Shown here one piece after another: positions 35,881 to 48,903 of a DNA stretch of 64,000 bases. The position numbers and the translations under genes were made by a program. The DNA comes from Octopus sinensis (taxonomy: Eukaryota). The notes beneath the pieces are model-generated. The model worked only from the letters and a program-made list of their open reading frames with translations. It ran no database searches and was not told the DNA's origin. The stretch is taken from positions 42,904,001 to 42,968,000 of the forward strand of contig NC_042998.1 of NCBI RefSeq assembly GCF_006345805.1, given 5' to 3'. Position 1 is the stretch's first letter. Every line of letters starts with the position of its first letter.

Positions 35881-38800
35881 TTTTATACTAACCTGCGATA
35901 TGGTTTGATATATTTCAAGTCCAAAATACTACTTATGCCTATTCGGCTGATAATGTCAGTAATTCCTAAGATAGATATGAGAAAGGCAGCATTCATTGTA
36001 TCTACACCTCTTTGTTTAGCAAGTGGTGGGATAAAAATAGAGACAGATTGAAAAGCAAGGGTCTGCAAACAAATACTGAACAGAAACAAAGCAAAATGCA
36101 AGTCTTTTAACAAAGTACAGTCAAATAAGGGTTGATTATTTTCTGCTTTCTTATTTCCTAATAGAAATCTTTTTAAAGAAGGCAGGCATCCATTGTTTCT
36201 ACTAGTTATTGGTTCATAATTTATAGAGTGAGCAATGGATACTCGGTTTGGTCGTTCTGGTGTCACTCCTAGTGTTACAGGTGCTGGTGAAAATACAGTT
36301 TTAGAAAGCTGGTTGTTCTTTGTATTATTGTCTTCTGTTTCACATTCATTTACTTTTGTTGTTGCAGGAAGAAGTTCAACATGTTCCTGATCTACTTGTG
36401 GTGAGGGTGTTTCCCAGCTAAAAAAAAAGATGTAATATAATTACATTTTTTTAAGAAAAAAACAATTGTTTCAAATTGACATTATGCTAAACAGATTTCT
36501 TCTAATCAACAAAATATATGATTATAAAAACTGAATCTATAATAACTATGGATATTATCATCATCAGATGCCAATGCCGCCTGTCTGGCATCCGTGTTGG
36601 TGACACGTAAAAGCACCAACCGATCGTGGCCGTTTGCCAGCCACCTCTGGCCCTTGTGCCGGTGGCACGTAGAAAACATCCACTACACTCATGGAGTGGT
36701 TGGCATTAGGAAGGGCATCCAGCTGTAGAAACACTGCCAGATCAGACTGGAGCCTGGTGCAGCCTCCTGGCTTCCCAGACCCCGGTCGAACTGTCCAACA
36801 CATGCTAGCATGGAAAACGGACGTTAAACGATGCTGATGATGATGTTCCATGTAAGCACGAGCTGGATGGTTTGACAGGATCTCATGGGTCAAATGGTGG
36901 CATCGTGCTCTACTGCCTACTTTGGCACGGTTTAAACAGTTTGACAGGATTTGATGAGTCTAAGGACTGCATCATGCTTCACTCTGTACTTTGGCATGGC
37001 TTGGAAGGTTTGACAGGATCATTTGGGTGCAAAGACTATATTGTGTCCTATTGTCTACTTTGGTATGGTTTCTATGACTGGACGCCCTTCCTAATGCCAA
37101 CCACTTTACAGTGTGTATTTTGGTGGGAGGGGGTTGCCCCCTCACCACTCATAAAATTCAGGGGCGTGTGTGCTAGGTGTGCACTGCACAGCCATCAAAA
37201 ATGGAAAATTCATTATAAATATTAACCTTACTCATTAATTTAATCACAAATCTTGATGGAAAACTTTTGTCATACCCCTGCTTAAAATTTTGCAGTAATG
37301 GGTATGGCAGCACATCCAGTACAACAACCACCATACGCCACTGGTAAAATTACAATGCAGCTTGCAAAATTATGTACCCTGAGGAATGGGTTGGCTTTAT
37401 GCTAGAAGCCAAGAGGGTTAAAAGATGAAAAAAGTGACCACAGTAGAACAGGTTTCTTGTTGTAGAGGAACTAACATGGATACTCACAGTTTAGGAGAAA
37501 GAGTGGGTGATCAGGGAGCAGTTGGGAAGAGATAAGAATGGTAGTGATGTGGTGTCTGAGTGAATCCTCAAGGTATGAAGTGAGTAGAAGTGAGTGAAGG
37601 CAGAATAACCAGGTGTGGATGGGTAGAAGTTGCAAGGGTGTTAAGGAGAGTGAGAAATGAGGGGGACTCAAATCACGACAACTTCTCTGGCTAGTGTCAG
37701 CATGGAAAGCAGAGAGAAAACCAGAACAATGATAAAAATGATGATGATGATGATGAGGAGGAGGAGGATGCTGATGATGACGATAATGACAATGATAATG
37801 ATGATGTTAATAATGCTACTGCTGCTGCTGCTGATGATGATGGTGAAAATGATGATATTGATGATGATGTTGATGATCACACTCATATACATGCATGTGC
37901 ATATGAATGCACATGTACATAACACAATTATATACAAACCTTGTTTTAACAGTTAATTGATATTGATGTAGAGGACGGTACAGCATGCTGAAGACACACA
38001 AATTCAAAGAGATTCCAGACATTAACAATATGCCACCAAAGAATCCATACGTTTGAAAAAGCCATTCCATTAAAGGTGGAAAAATGAACATTCCAATTCC
38101 AACACCAGCTGTCGCAAGACCTACAGCTAATCCACGGCGTTTGTCAAAGTATCTCCCAACAGCAACCAAACATGATGTGTAGCTTAGGGATTTACCAAAA
38201 CCTTCAAGAGAAAACAAATAACTATATCAGCCCTTTAGTATTCAGTTTACCCTGTCAAATGTAAAGCTTAATTATTCCCATTGTTTTAAATCAATCATGT
38301 ATTATCTTGTAGCTTTGAGATTTTGATAAGGTAGCTGTTTATTTTTAAGAGGCCATATCAGGTTGGCTTTACCATAAAACAGGCAGAATATTTTGGCAGG
38401 ATCTGGCCAGTCTAAATGCCAAAGGGTTAAGAAACAGGAAAATTAAAGAAAACAAGATTCTTCTGAAGTGATTTCTTTTGGTTTATTATCAAACTTCCCA
38501 AGAATGAGTTTACAATTAAAATGAAGATGTTGATAATTATTTATCAGTTATTTGTGCTTGTGTGTCTGTGTTTGTCCTCCCACCATCACTTGAGTAACAG
38601 GTCTTCCCTTTTCCTGGTTCTGAATGTCTTCAGAATCCAGCCAGCCACTCGCTTGCACAGTGTTGCCATCTTGGTAATATGCACATGGAATGTTGCATTG
38701 TTGCTCATGTGAACCCCAAGGTCATGCACCGACTCTAACTGTAAGATCATATTACTTTCTGGTCCAGTGTATTCCGATTTTAGCCTAGTGTTGGACCAAT

Positions 38801-40036
38801 AGTGGAGTGCCTGAAATTTCATAGCATTGAACTGCATGTTATTTTTGTTAGTCCATTTGTAGATTTCTGCAGTCTTATGATGTCCTCTAGGTTCCTAACT
38901 GCCTGTCATACTTTTGTGTCATCAGCATAACTGGTCATATTGGCTGACTGTACTGCAGAGAGCATATCTGAGAGGGTCACCACAAATAGTAATGGCTCCA
39001 GTACAGTTCCCTGTGGGACTCCGCTGAGAATTGGTGTTTCTTCAGAGTGAGCACCATTGGCTACAACTGTCTGTCTCCTGCCCTTCAGAAAATCATGCAG
39101 CCACTCTCCCAGTTTCCCAGTAATACCAATGTTTCGCAGTTTGTGACATATCATGCCATGATCAACCTTGTCGAAGGCCTTGGCAAAGTCAAAGTATACC
39201 ATATCTACAGCTGACTTGTTTAGCCGTTGCTTCAGTACCCAATCAAAGTGCTGCAACAACTGTGTAAGGCATCTCCTCCCTGGATGGAAGCCATGTTGCA
39301 TGTTTGTGAGAAGGTTGTTTTCTCCTAGGAATGTGATCAGTCTTTTTCTGACAATGCGTTCCATTGTCTTACTAACAAGAGAGGTCAGAGAGATGGGCTT
39401 GTAGTTTTTAGCATCTGCTCTGCTCCCTCCTTTATGGACAGGGCATAGCATGTTGGGAAGTTTACTACATGCAAGGACACTCTGAAAGATTATCTGCAGT
39501 GGCTTTGCAAGAGCCTCTTTACATGTCTTTAAGAGACCAGCTGGACTACAGACAAAGCTCAGCTATGTACCCTTGCACACAAGACCACCACTTACAGAAT
39601 CTAGACTGTATGAAGCATGTGTACAAACAGCTATGCTACCTGGCAGTGAAACATGGGCCGTGACTGCTGAGGATATGCATAAGCTTGCAAGAAATGAAGC
39701 CAGTATGCTCCACTGGATGTGTAATGTCAGTGTGCATACACAACAGAGTTTGAGCACTGTAAGAGAAAAGCTGGACATAAGAAGCATCAGATGTGGTGTG
39801 CAAGAGAGACGACTGCACTGGTATGGTCATGTGTTGCGAATGGATGAGGACAGCTGTGTGTAAAAGCATCACACCCTAGCTGTGGTTGGCATTATAGGAA
39901 GAGCATCCAGGTGTAGAAACTTTGACAGATCAGATTGAAGCCTGGTGCAGCCTTCTGGCTTGCCAGTCTTCAGTCAAACTGTCCAACCCATGCCAGCATG
40001 AAAAGCGGACATTAAAGGACGATGATGATGACGATG

Positions 40037-40069
<33 letters not shown>

Positions 40070-40256
40070 TGTATGTATGTATGTATGTATATGTATATAT
40101 ATATATCTATATATATATATGTATAACAAAGTGAAGTTGTAAGGTACCGTGTAAATATGTGAGGGGAATATGTTAAGAGGGGGATATGAGAAGGGAATAT
40201 ATATCTCTCGCTCTCTCTTTCCCTCCCTCCCTGGCCAGGTAACTTTGTACTTCCTC

Positions 40257-40291
<35 letters not shown>

Positions 40292-41898
40292 GTATGTAAT
40301 TTATAAATGTTATGTGAATGATAGTTTGTAAACATATGAGTGTAATATTTAATTTCATATCATCATAATTATCATCATCATTGTTTAATGTTCGCTTTCC
40401 ATGCTAGCATGGGTTGGACGATTTGACTGAGGTCTGGTGAACCAGATGGCTGCACCAGCCTCCAATCTGATCTAGCAGAGTTTCTACAGCTGGACACCCT
40501 TCCTAACGCCAACTACCCCGAGAGTGGTTGGCGTTATATTTATATATATATGCATGAGTGTGTGTGTGTATGTATGTGTGTGTGTGTCTGTGTGTGCGTG
40601 CATGTGTACGTGTGTGTGTGAGTGAAATTCTTAAAGCAAATATTATTTACAATAAAAATTTGCACAACAACTTCAGAAAAAATCTTCTCACAACAGTTTG
40701 CCTTTATTTGATGCCTCTGACTGTCACACACACTCACTTCAATTGTTTCCCTCTGCTAGCGTCACTGATGGGATAACACATCGCATTTTATTATGTGTAG
40801 GGTATATATAGGCACAGGTAAAGCTGTGTGGTAAGAGGTTTGCTACCCAACCACTTAATTTTAAGTTTATTTCCACTGCATGGCACATTGAGCCAGTATC
40901 TTTCCTTACAGACTTACAGACTGACCAAAGTCTTGTGAATGGATTTTGAAGATAGAAATTGAGAGAAGCCCGTCATATGATTTTTCTTTAAGTTATATTT
41001 AGGTTTTTTCTGAAGAGAGTTCGAGCTGGTTGCTAACAAAATGATATGACCTTCTGAGGCGAGAGAATTTTTGGTGTTTCTAAATATGTGGTTGAGTTGA
41101 TGCATTGGTGTGTTGGTTGAGCTGTTGATGTGTGTGTGTGTATGCATGTGCACATGTATGTGCATGCATGTGTACGTGCACATGTGTATGCAAATGTGGA
41201 CATGGGTCTTATGTGGGTGTGTATGCAAGCACGTGTGTGCATGCATGTGCACATGTATGTGCATGCATGTGTACGTGCACATGTGTATGCAAATGTGGAC
41301 ATGGGTCTTATGTGGGTGTGTATGCAAGCACGTGTGTGCATGCATGTGCACATGTATGTGCATGCATGTGTACTTGAGTGTATTTGTGTTTGTACATGTG
41401 TGTGAGCAAGTGTGTACAGGTGTACGTGCACATGTGTATGCAAATGTGGGCATGGGTGTGTGTGCACGTGTGTGTGTATGCATTACATATGTGCATGCAT
41501 GTGCACATGTATGTGCACGCATGTGTACTTGAGTGTATTTGTGTTTGTACATGTGTGTGAGCAAGTGTGTACAGGTGTACGTGCACATGTGTATGCAAAT
41601 ATGGGCATGGGTGTGTGTGTGTGAGTGTGCACCTGTGTGAATATGTGTACATGTCTGTGCATGTCTCCTTGCTTTCACTTTACTTGATAGTTGTAAGGGA
41701 GTGTCACCTTTCATAAAATCAAGTTTGTTCATGTTGAATGAATTATTACCTTACTTGGAAACAGGTGTGGGTTGGTGGTAGGAAGGGCAGTCAGACATAA
41801 AAAGTCCACCTCCACAAATTCTGTCTGACTCATATAAGCAAGGAAAAGAGAATGTTAAAATGATAATGATGATGATGATGACATATGTGTGCATGTGT

Positions 41899-41938
<40 letters not shown>

Positions 41939-44900
41939 ATGCATGTATTATTCATTTATTTGCTTGTCCATTTCTTACACCTGACTTTTCATGCTAGCAT
42001 GAGTTAGGTGGATATAAATTGTCGAAGCATTTTCTTTACAACCCAGTACACTTTCTGCAGCTAACTCTAACCTGTTTTCCAAACAAGGAAGTCTTTTTTT
42101 TTTATTTTGCACATTTTCAAAAGTACAAAACTATAATGGAAAATCGATCAAAGCTCATGTTGTGAAAGAATATAAACACTCTCTCTCTCTTTCCTTCCCT
42201 CCCCCTCTCTTTCTCTCTCTCACATATGCACAAATTCATTTTAACATCTACTTTCCCAAACTTACATACATCAGATAAGAATATGTTAGGGCAGAGCTTT
42301 CTACAGCTTGATGCATTCCTCATTGCCAACTCACAACTTTTTCCATCTATCAAACAACAAACAGCCTGGATATGCTTTCATAGCAGGCTGCATTATTAGA
42401 GAAGCCATTGTTTCCAACCAATGAATGAATATGTGGAGTCTTGAGAAATACCAGCTCTTTCACACACACAGATGTTAAATTTTTGAAATATATATATATG
42501 AGGGGGTACCCAAAAGTAACTAGAAATGTTCTCTCTCAGACAAACCCATTGTATTTCAGGCTTTTGCCGCTAGAAGCCACTTGATGCAACCCTCAGGCAT
42601 CAGCCTGCCGACTGGTATCATCGGGTGAAGTCATACTGCCACATAGTGCATCTTTGTTTTGCAGTGCTTCTCCCATGTTCATTGACTTTTGTCATGGCCG
42701 AAACAAAGGAACAGTGTACTTCTGTGAAATTCTGTTTTCTGCTGGGGGAAACAGTTCTTATGCTTCAAACAGCTTACAAGGACACTGCCATGAGCAAAAC
42801 ACAAGTTTATGTGTGGTTTCCATGCTCAAGGAATGGTCACCTGCCACTTGAAGACCAACCTCATTCAGGATGACTTTGGCTTCACAAACAAATAAAAACA
42901 TGAAAATTCCTGAACTGATCTTGGAGGGTCATCACCAAACAATGACAAACTTGTTGATATGACTGGTGTATCCTGGAGCTCCTGCCAACAAATTTTGAGC
43001 GAGGAATTGTGAATAAAATGAGTTGCGGCAAAATTTGTGCCTCACTTGCTCATGGAATATCAAAAATCATATATAGATATGTATAGTAATATTTTGTGAC
43101 AACCAGTACTTAACACAATAAAGCTTTTACAAAGCTTTTACATTTTACTTATGACAATCTTTTTCTAAAAAAGTGAAACCGGTCAAGTGAATAAACATCT
43201 TTTAAAATTGCATTTTCAAACCTTCTTTCATATATATATGTATATATTATATGTGTATGTGTGTGTGTGTGTGTGTGTACACACACACACATAACTGGGA
43301 ATAAGATAAAATTGAAACTCACCTCCTAAAAAGCTGTAGGCAAAGAAAAACCATACCAAGGTATCAGAAAAGCTTCCAAGTAAAAATCCTAAACTTAAGA
43401 ATATACCACCAACAAAGCTGACTTTTCTTAGAGAAAATCTGCTGCCAAGGAAACTGGCTAATGGGCCTGAAAAATAAAAAGTATTTATTCTGAGAATTAA
43501 AACATAGAATGAAGATATTTAGATTGATAATGAAGTGTTTGTATTTCTTAGCATTGTGAATTAGATGTCAAAAGGTTTATAATATGTTATTTCAGACAGG
43601 TTACTAATTGACTGGATTAGTTATATAGAGGCTAGTATAGAAATTAGTCAGTGGTAAGGCAATCAAGTGGTGGTCTGCTATTGGGCAGGTCCCATGCACT
43701 ATTTATAGGGCCTGGGTGTGTCTGTACTCTCCCCTGCTGCCGGTAATTAGATTACTGGAACTTTGGCTACCATGACTAGACTTGGGATGAACACTGGAGT
43801 GGTTTCCCATTGGTAAGGCTATTGCCTTACCTGATAGAAAACCTCTCCTTGACTATTTTCAGGGCCTCACAGACTGATGACATGGCTGGAATGTCTGAAA
43901 CTGCAGCCTCCATTAACTATTTTGTTACTATATTTCTGTTGAAATACACTACCCTTTTCCTTTCTCCAATTAATTTGAATATAATGAAGAATTTATCAAA
44001 AATAAAATTCTCATTATTAAGCTGATATTTGGAACATAAATTAACATGAAATTTCAAAAGGATTTAAAAAAAATTTAGATCAATTTAAAACAAGAAGTTT
44101 GTATCATAGAATCAAGGGCAGTTGCAGGCATTTTGGTAATAAAAGGGTTAAGAGCACCTAAAAGTGAGGTTTAGATAATGACTATCACTGAATAGCAGGA
44201 ACGGTGTCTCATATGGGCTTCCATACAGTTTCTATCAGAGAAAGTCAGGTATGGGGTCATGTACTGCTACAGCACATTGCCGCATTCTCCATTTATTGGT
44301 ATTTGCTTCGGTCATTCCAGGTAAATTTTCAGCAGTGTCCCAGTCAGTCCTCATCTATGCAAGGTACTGTCATATCCACTGTACCCATGTTGCAAGAGCT
44401 CTCATCTTGGCTGAATCCTCAGAGGAGAAAACACAAGGATCCAACTTTGAAAATTGAGCAACATGACCAAACAGTCTGAGCTGATGGTCCTGAATTATAC
44501 AAGTCACAAGTTTCTGTCTACCAAATTTTATTAATTTTGGTTGACCCAAAAGACATTTGCCCAATCTGTCAAGCAGTGGGGATTGAATCTAAAATCACAT
44601 ACTTTGAGAAGTGAACATCTTAATGATACAATGAAGTGCTTTGTTATATTTCAGAATTTCTCTCCATATCTAAAGTTTTCTTTTGTGATAACTTCATAGA
44701 TAACAGAGACAACAGTATAGTTGATGATTCATGCTACATTTCTGCTTATCAAGATAATACCTATCAGGGTTACTTTAAAGTGAACAGACCAACCAACACA
44801 GAAGCCTGCACATAGTCACTAGATATACAGCAAAACAACTTGAAAAGGAGAACATGTTGGATAATGTAATCCTAGATACACAACACCCATGGAAAGGACA

Positions 44901-47900
44901 AGACCACGATTAGCGCACCCCTGACTGTATATCAACTGGATCAGGCTTGATCAGGAGCTAAACAACAAAAAGAACCTTAAAATGAGCAGGGAAGTATATA
45001 CATATTTTTCTTTGCTTTAAATATTTTTGGTTTATCTTTTCTTTTACTTGTTTCAGTAATCAGACTGCAGTCATGCTGGGGCACTACCTTGAAGGGTTTT
45101 TAGTCTAACAAATTGACCCCAGTACTTATATATTTTCTATAGTCTAGTATTAATTCCATTGATCTCTTTCGTGGAAACATTAAGTTAGAAATTCAACACC
45201 TGTTTTCAAGTGGTGTGAGGGGGCACCAACAGAAATACAAAGCTATGCACACACACACACAAACATACAATGGGATTCCACAAAATTTCTTGCTACCAAA
45301 TTCACTCACAAGGCATTGGTCAGCTCAGAGCTATAGTGAAAACACTTACCCAAGGTGCCTTACAATGGGACTGTTTGAAACCACATAGTTGCAAAGTGAG
45401 CAATTAACAATGCTACCTTGTCTAAATAGAAGACAGTTGGAATTTCTACAGCCTGAACATTGAGAAATGCTATAGACAGGGGAAAAAAAACTTAGAATAC
45501 ATAAGACCCTTGTAAAAAATTACATTTTCCTTCATAATTATATTTTTAAAGCATCAAGATGTTTATGCAGTATCCTGCTTTGAGATTTTAACTTTAAGAC
45601 TTTGATAACATCCAGAATGAAGAGAACAGAATGACAAGAATCAAATAAAAAAAATGAAGATTGACTGGACTATTAACTTCATACTTTTGCATCAATTTTT
45701 AAAATAAATTTGAATGCAATTTAAACATATGAGGGGGCACCCAAAAGAAACTGGAATTTTGCAATATTATTTTATTTGCAATTCCTCGCTCAAAATTCGT
45801 TGGCAGGAGCTCCAGCCCACTTATGAGTAACAAGGCAGCAACTGGCCAATCAATGATGTATATACATTGAATATGATACACAGATGGCTGTATTACCTTG
45901 AAATAGTATTTTGATACATCACTGTAGAAATACATCACTGTCACATTATCAAGTTCATCAATTGTTCGGTGATGGTCCTTCAAGATCAGTTCATGAATTT
46001 TTATGACGTTTTCATTCGTTCGGGAGGTCGACAGTCATCCTGAACAAGGTTGGTCTTGAAACAAAAAGTGACCTTCCTAAAGCATGGAAACCACTCATAA
46101 ACTTGTGTTTTGCTCATGGCAGCATCCTTGTAAGCTATTTGAAGCATGACAACTGTTTCGGCTGCTGATTTCTTCAGTAGAAAACAGAATTTCATAGAAG
46201 CACACTGTCCTTCATTTTAGCCATTGCAAAAATCGATGAACAGGGGAGAAGCACTGCAAAACAAAGACACACCACGTGGTAGTACGATTTCAGTGGATGC
46301 TGCCAGTCAGCAGACTGATGCCTGAGGGTCATATCAAGTGGTTTCTAGCAGCAGAAGTCTGAACTACAACAGGTTTGTCCCACATAGAATGTTTCTGGTT
46401 ACTTTGGGGTACCCCATCACATATCAACGAAAGTAGCCATATAAGACTGGCGTGAAGAATGGACCAGTGGGCAAATGGGCAAGAAAGTTAGTTCTATGTT
46501 TTACAATCAAGGTACCAGCTTAACGAATTGTATACACTTAAATAAGAAAAAAACTTGATGCCAGCCACAGAATTTAGTATTTGAAATTATGAGTGCATAC
46601 CAAAATCAAACTGAAGTTAATTGTACAAATGATCTTCAGTATAAGCGGTAAAAGCGTATCCTCAAAATATAGAAATATATTTACCCCAACTTCACTTTAA
46701 TTCATTTCTACATGCTACCATTATAACTTGATCAGGACTCAGTAGAATGGCTTAGATTGTAATGAAATACAAACACTTAGTCCAACCGAAAACTAACTGG
46801 TGAAGCCAGTTTCTAAACACAGTCACAATTCCTTAGCTGCAATCCTTGTAGAAAGGAAGATGAAATAAAATTAATGAATAGGGAAAATTACAATCACCTA
46901 GTCATATTGCTTAATTGTTCTAATTAATATTACCAACAATGTTTACAACACATAGAAGATTATTGAAAAGTTAAAATTACAACCATCTATTTTTTTGTTA
47001 ATGAAATCCTTAACCAAAATAGTATCAAGAATCATTTTTATATATCAGTATGTTTGATTTTTAATATTCCATTTTTTGTGGTGTTACTTAGCACAATATG
47101 AAAGTTTTCTAGCCATCTGAATCAACTGTTTTCTTGACCTCTTAAGATAACTAGCAAATGCTACCCAATGAGATAGTACTCAGAATTTAGATGAGTAAAA
47201 CTCACAGAGGGGATAACAAGGGACTGAGACTTCTGACAGTTTGCTGTGCTTGAGAAGACATGTCAAACTAAGTAAAATCATGGCTGTCTTTGCATACAGA
47301 TATGTCCCCTACATTTAGCAGAGTGATCTTAACCTTGCAGGCTTGTGGCTACTGGTGCCACATAAAAAGCACCCATGTGAGTTACACAGGTAAATGCACC
47401 AGTACTGGTGCCATATAAAAGAGCCCATGCTGATGCCAGGGAAAAGCAACCAGTATACTCTGGGTTTATTTATTATCCATAAAGGACTATACATAGATGG
47501 GGACGGTACAATCGGGGAACATAAAATAATAAAAGACGAAGAAATTAAACAAAGAATGAATTATGATAAGATAGGTGCAGGAGTGGCTGTGTGGTAAGTA
47601 GCTTGCTTACGAACCACATGGTTCCGGGTTCAATCCCACTGCATGGCACCTTGGGCAAGTGTCTTCTACTATAGCCTCAGGCTGACCAAAGCCTTGTGAG
47701 TGGATTTGGTAGATGGAAACTGAAAGAAGCCCGTCATATATATATATATGTATGTGTATGTGTATATGTTTGTGTGTCTGTGTTTATCCCCCCAACATCG
47801 CTTGATAACCAATGCTGGTGTGTTTACGTCCCTGTAACTTAGCGGTTTGGCAAAAGAGACCGATAGAATAAGTACTAGGCTTCCAAAGAATAAGTCCTAG

Positions 47901-48808
47901 GGTCGATTTGCTCGACTAAAAAGGTGGTGTTCCAGCATGGCCACAGTCAAATGACTGAAACAAGTAAAAGAGTATATTATAATGAGGCGCAATGCCCACT
48001 TGACCCACCGAAGTGGAGTGGTTACATTTTGTCAGTCTTTTCCTTTAATTGATTTTCTCAAAGCTTATCAATTTCAGAATTACAACTGAAGTTCACAAAA
48101 TTTACAAAAAATAAATTTCACAGAAATTTCAAAAAAATAAATTTCACAAACATAGTGTTTGTCAGCACTTTTTCCACTTTTCCATAAATTTCAGAGATAG
48201 ACTATTTTTCTTTTCAGCTCCTCATAATCCATTTACTCTGTCAAGTGGTTGGCATTAGGAATGGCCTCCAGCCATAGAAACCATGATAAAATGGACATGG
48301 AGCCCAGGCATCTCTCCAGCTGGCCAGATTCTGTCAAACCGCCCAGCCCATGCTAGCTTGGGAAAATGGACATTAAATGATAAACAAAACTAAATCCTGA
48401 AAGACATTCAGTCTTGTATTCTCTAGAGCAGAAAAATTAGCATAGATGGTATTTATTTTGGTGTTTCAAATTTCAGAGATCAAACTTAACTAAAATTCAA
48501 TTGCGTTTAATTGTTGTATCTTTTATCTTTTACTTGCTTCAGTCATTTTTGACTGCAGCCATGCTGGGGCACTGCTTAGCAGGGTTTTAGTTGAATAAAT
48601 CGATCTCATGGCTTATTTTTTTAAAGCTTTGTACTTATTCTGCTGGTCTCTTTTGTTGAACCACTAAGTAATGGGGATGTAAATACAATATCACCAGTTG
48701 TCGAGCAGTGTTGGGGGACAAACAAAGACACACGTACATAGATATATACATATATATGCACATATATATATATATATATATATTTGCATATATATATCTA
48801 TATCTATC

Positions 48809-48903
<95 letters not shown>

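Noticed and set aside
37480-37660. Possible L2/CR1 endonuclease-region remnant
   Set aside because: The translated similarity is too weak to support by eye.
37657-37956. Poly-Met and poly-Ile ORFs
   Set aside because: Translations of the (GAT)n compound microsatellite.
40914-41732. 272-aa His/Cys/Thr-rich ORF and overlapping Met/Cys/Val-rich ORFs, superficially metallothionein-like
   Set aside because: All frames on both strands are open only because RY-alternating satellite sequence lacks stop codons. There is no splice context and it lies in intron 3.
43585-43882. Possible minus-strand solo LTR (TATAAATA, TG..CA ends, GGTAAGGC/GCCTTACC hairpin at 43812-43831)
   Set aside because: No target-site duplication at any candidate boundary, and it is a single copy.
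43873-43900. CTGATGA...GAAAC hammerhead-like spacing
   Set aside because: Stem II does not abut GAAA, and stems I and III cannot be formed.
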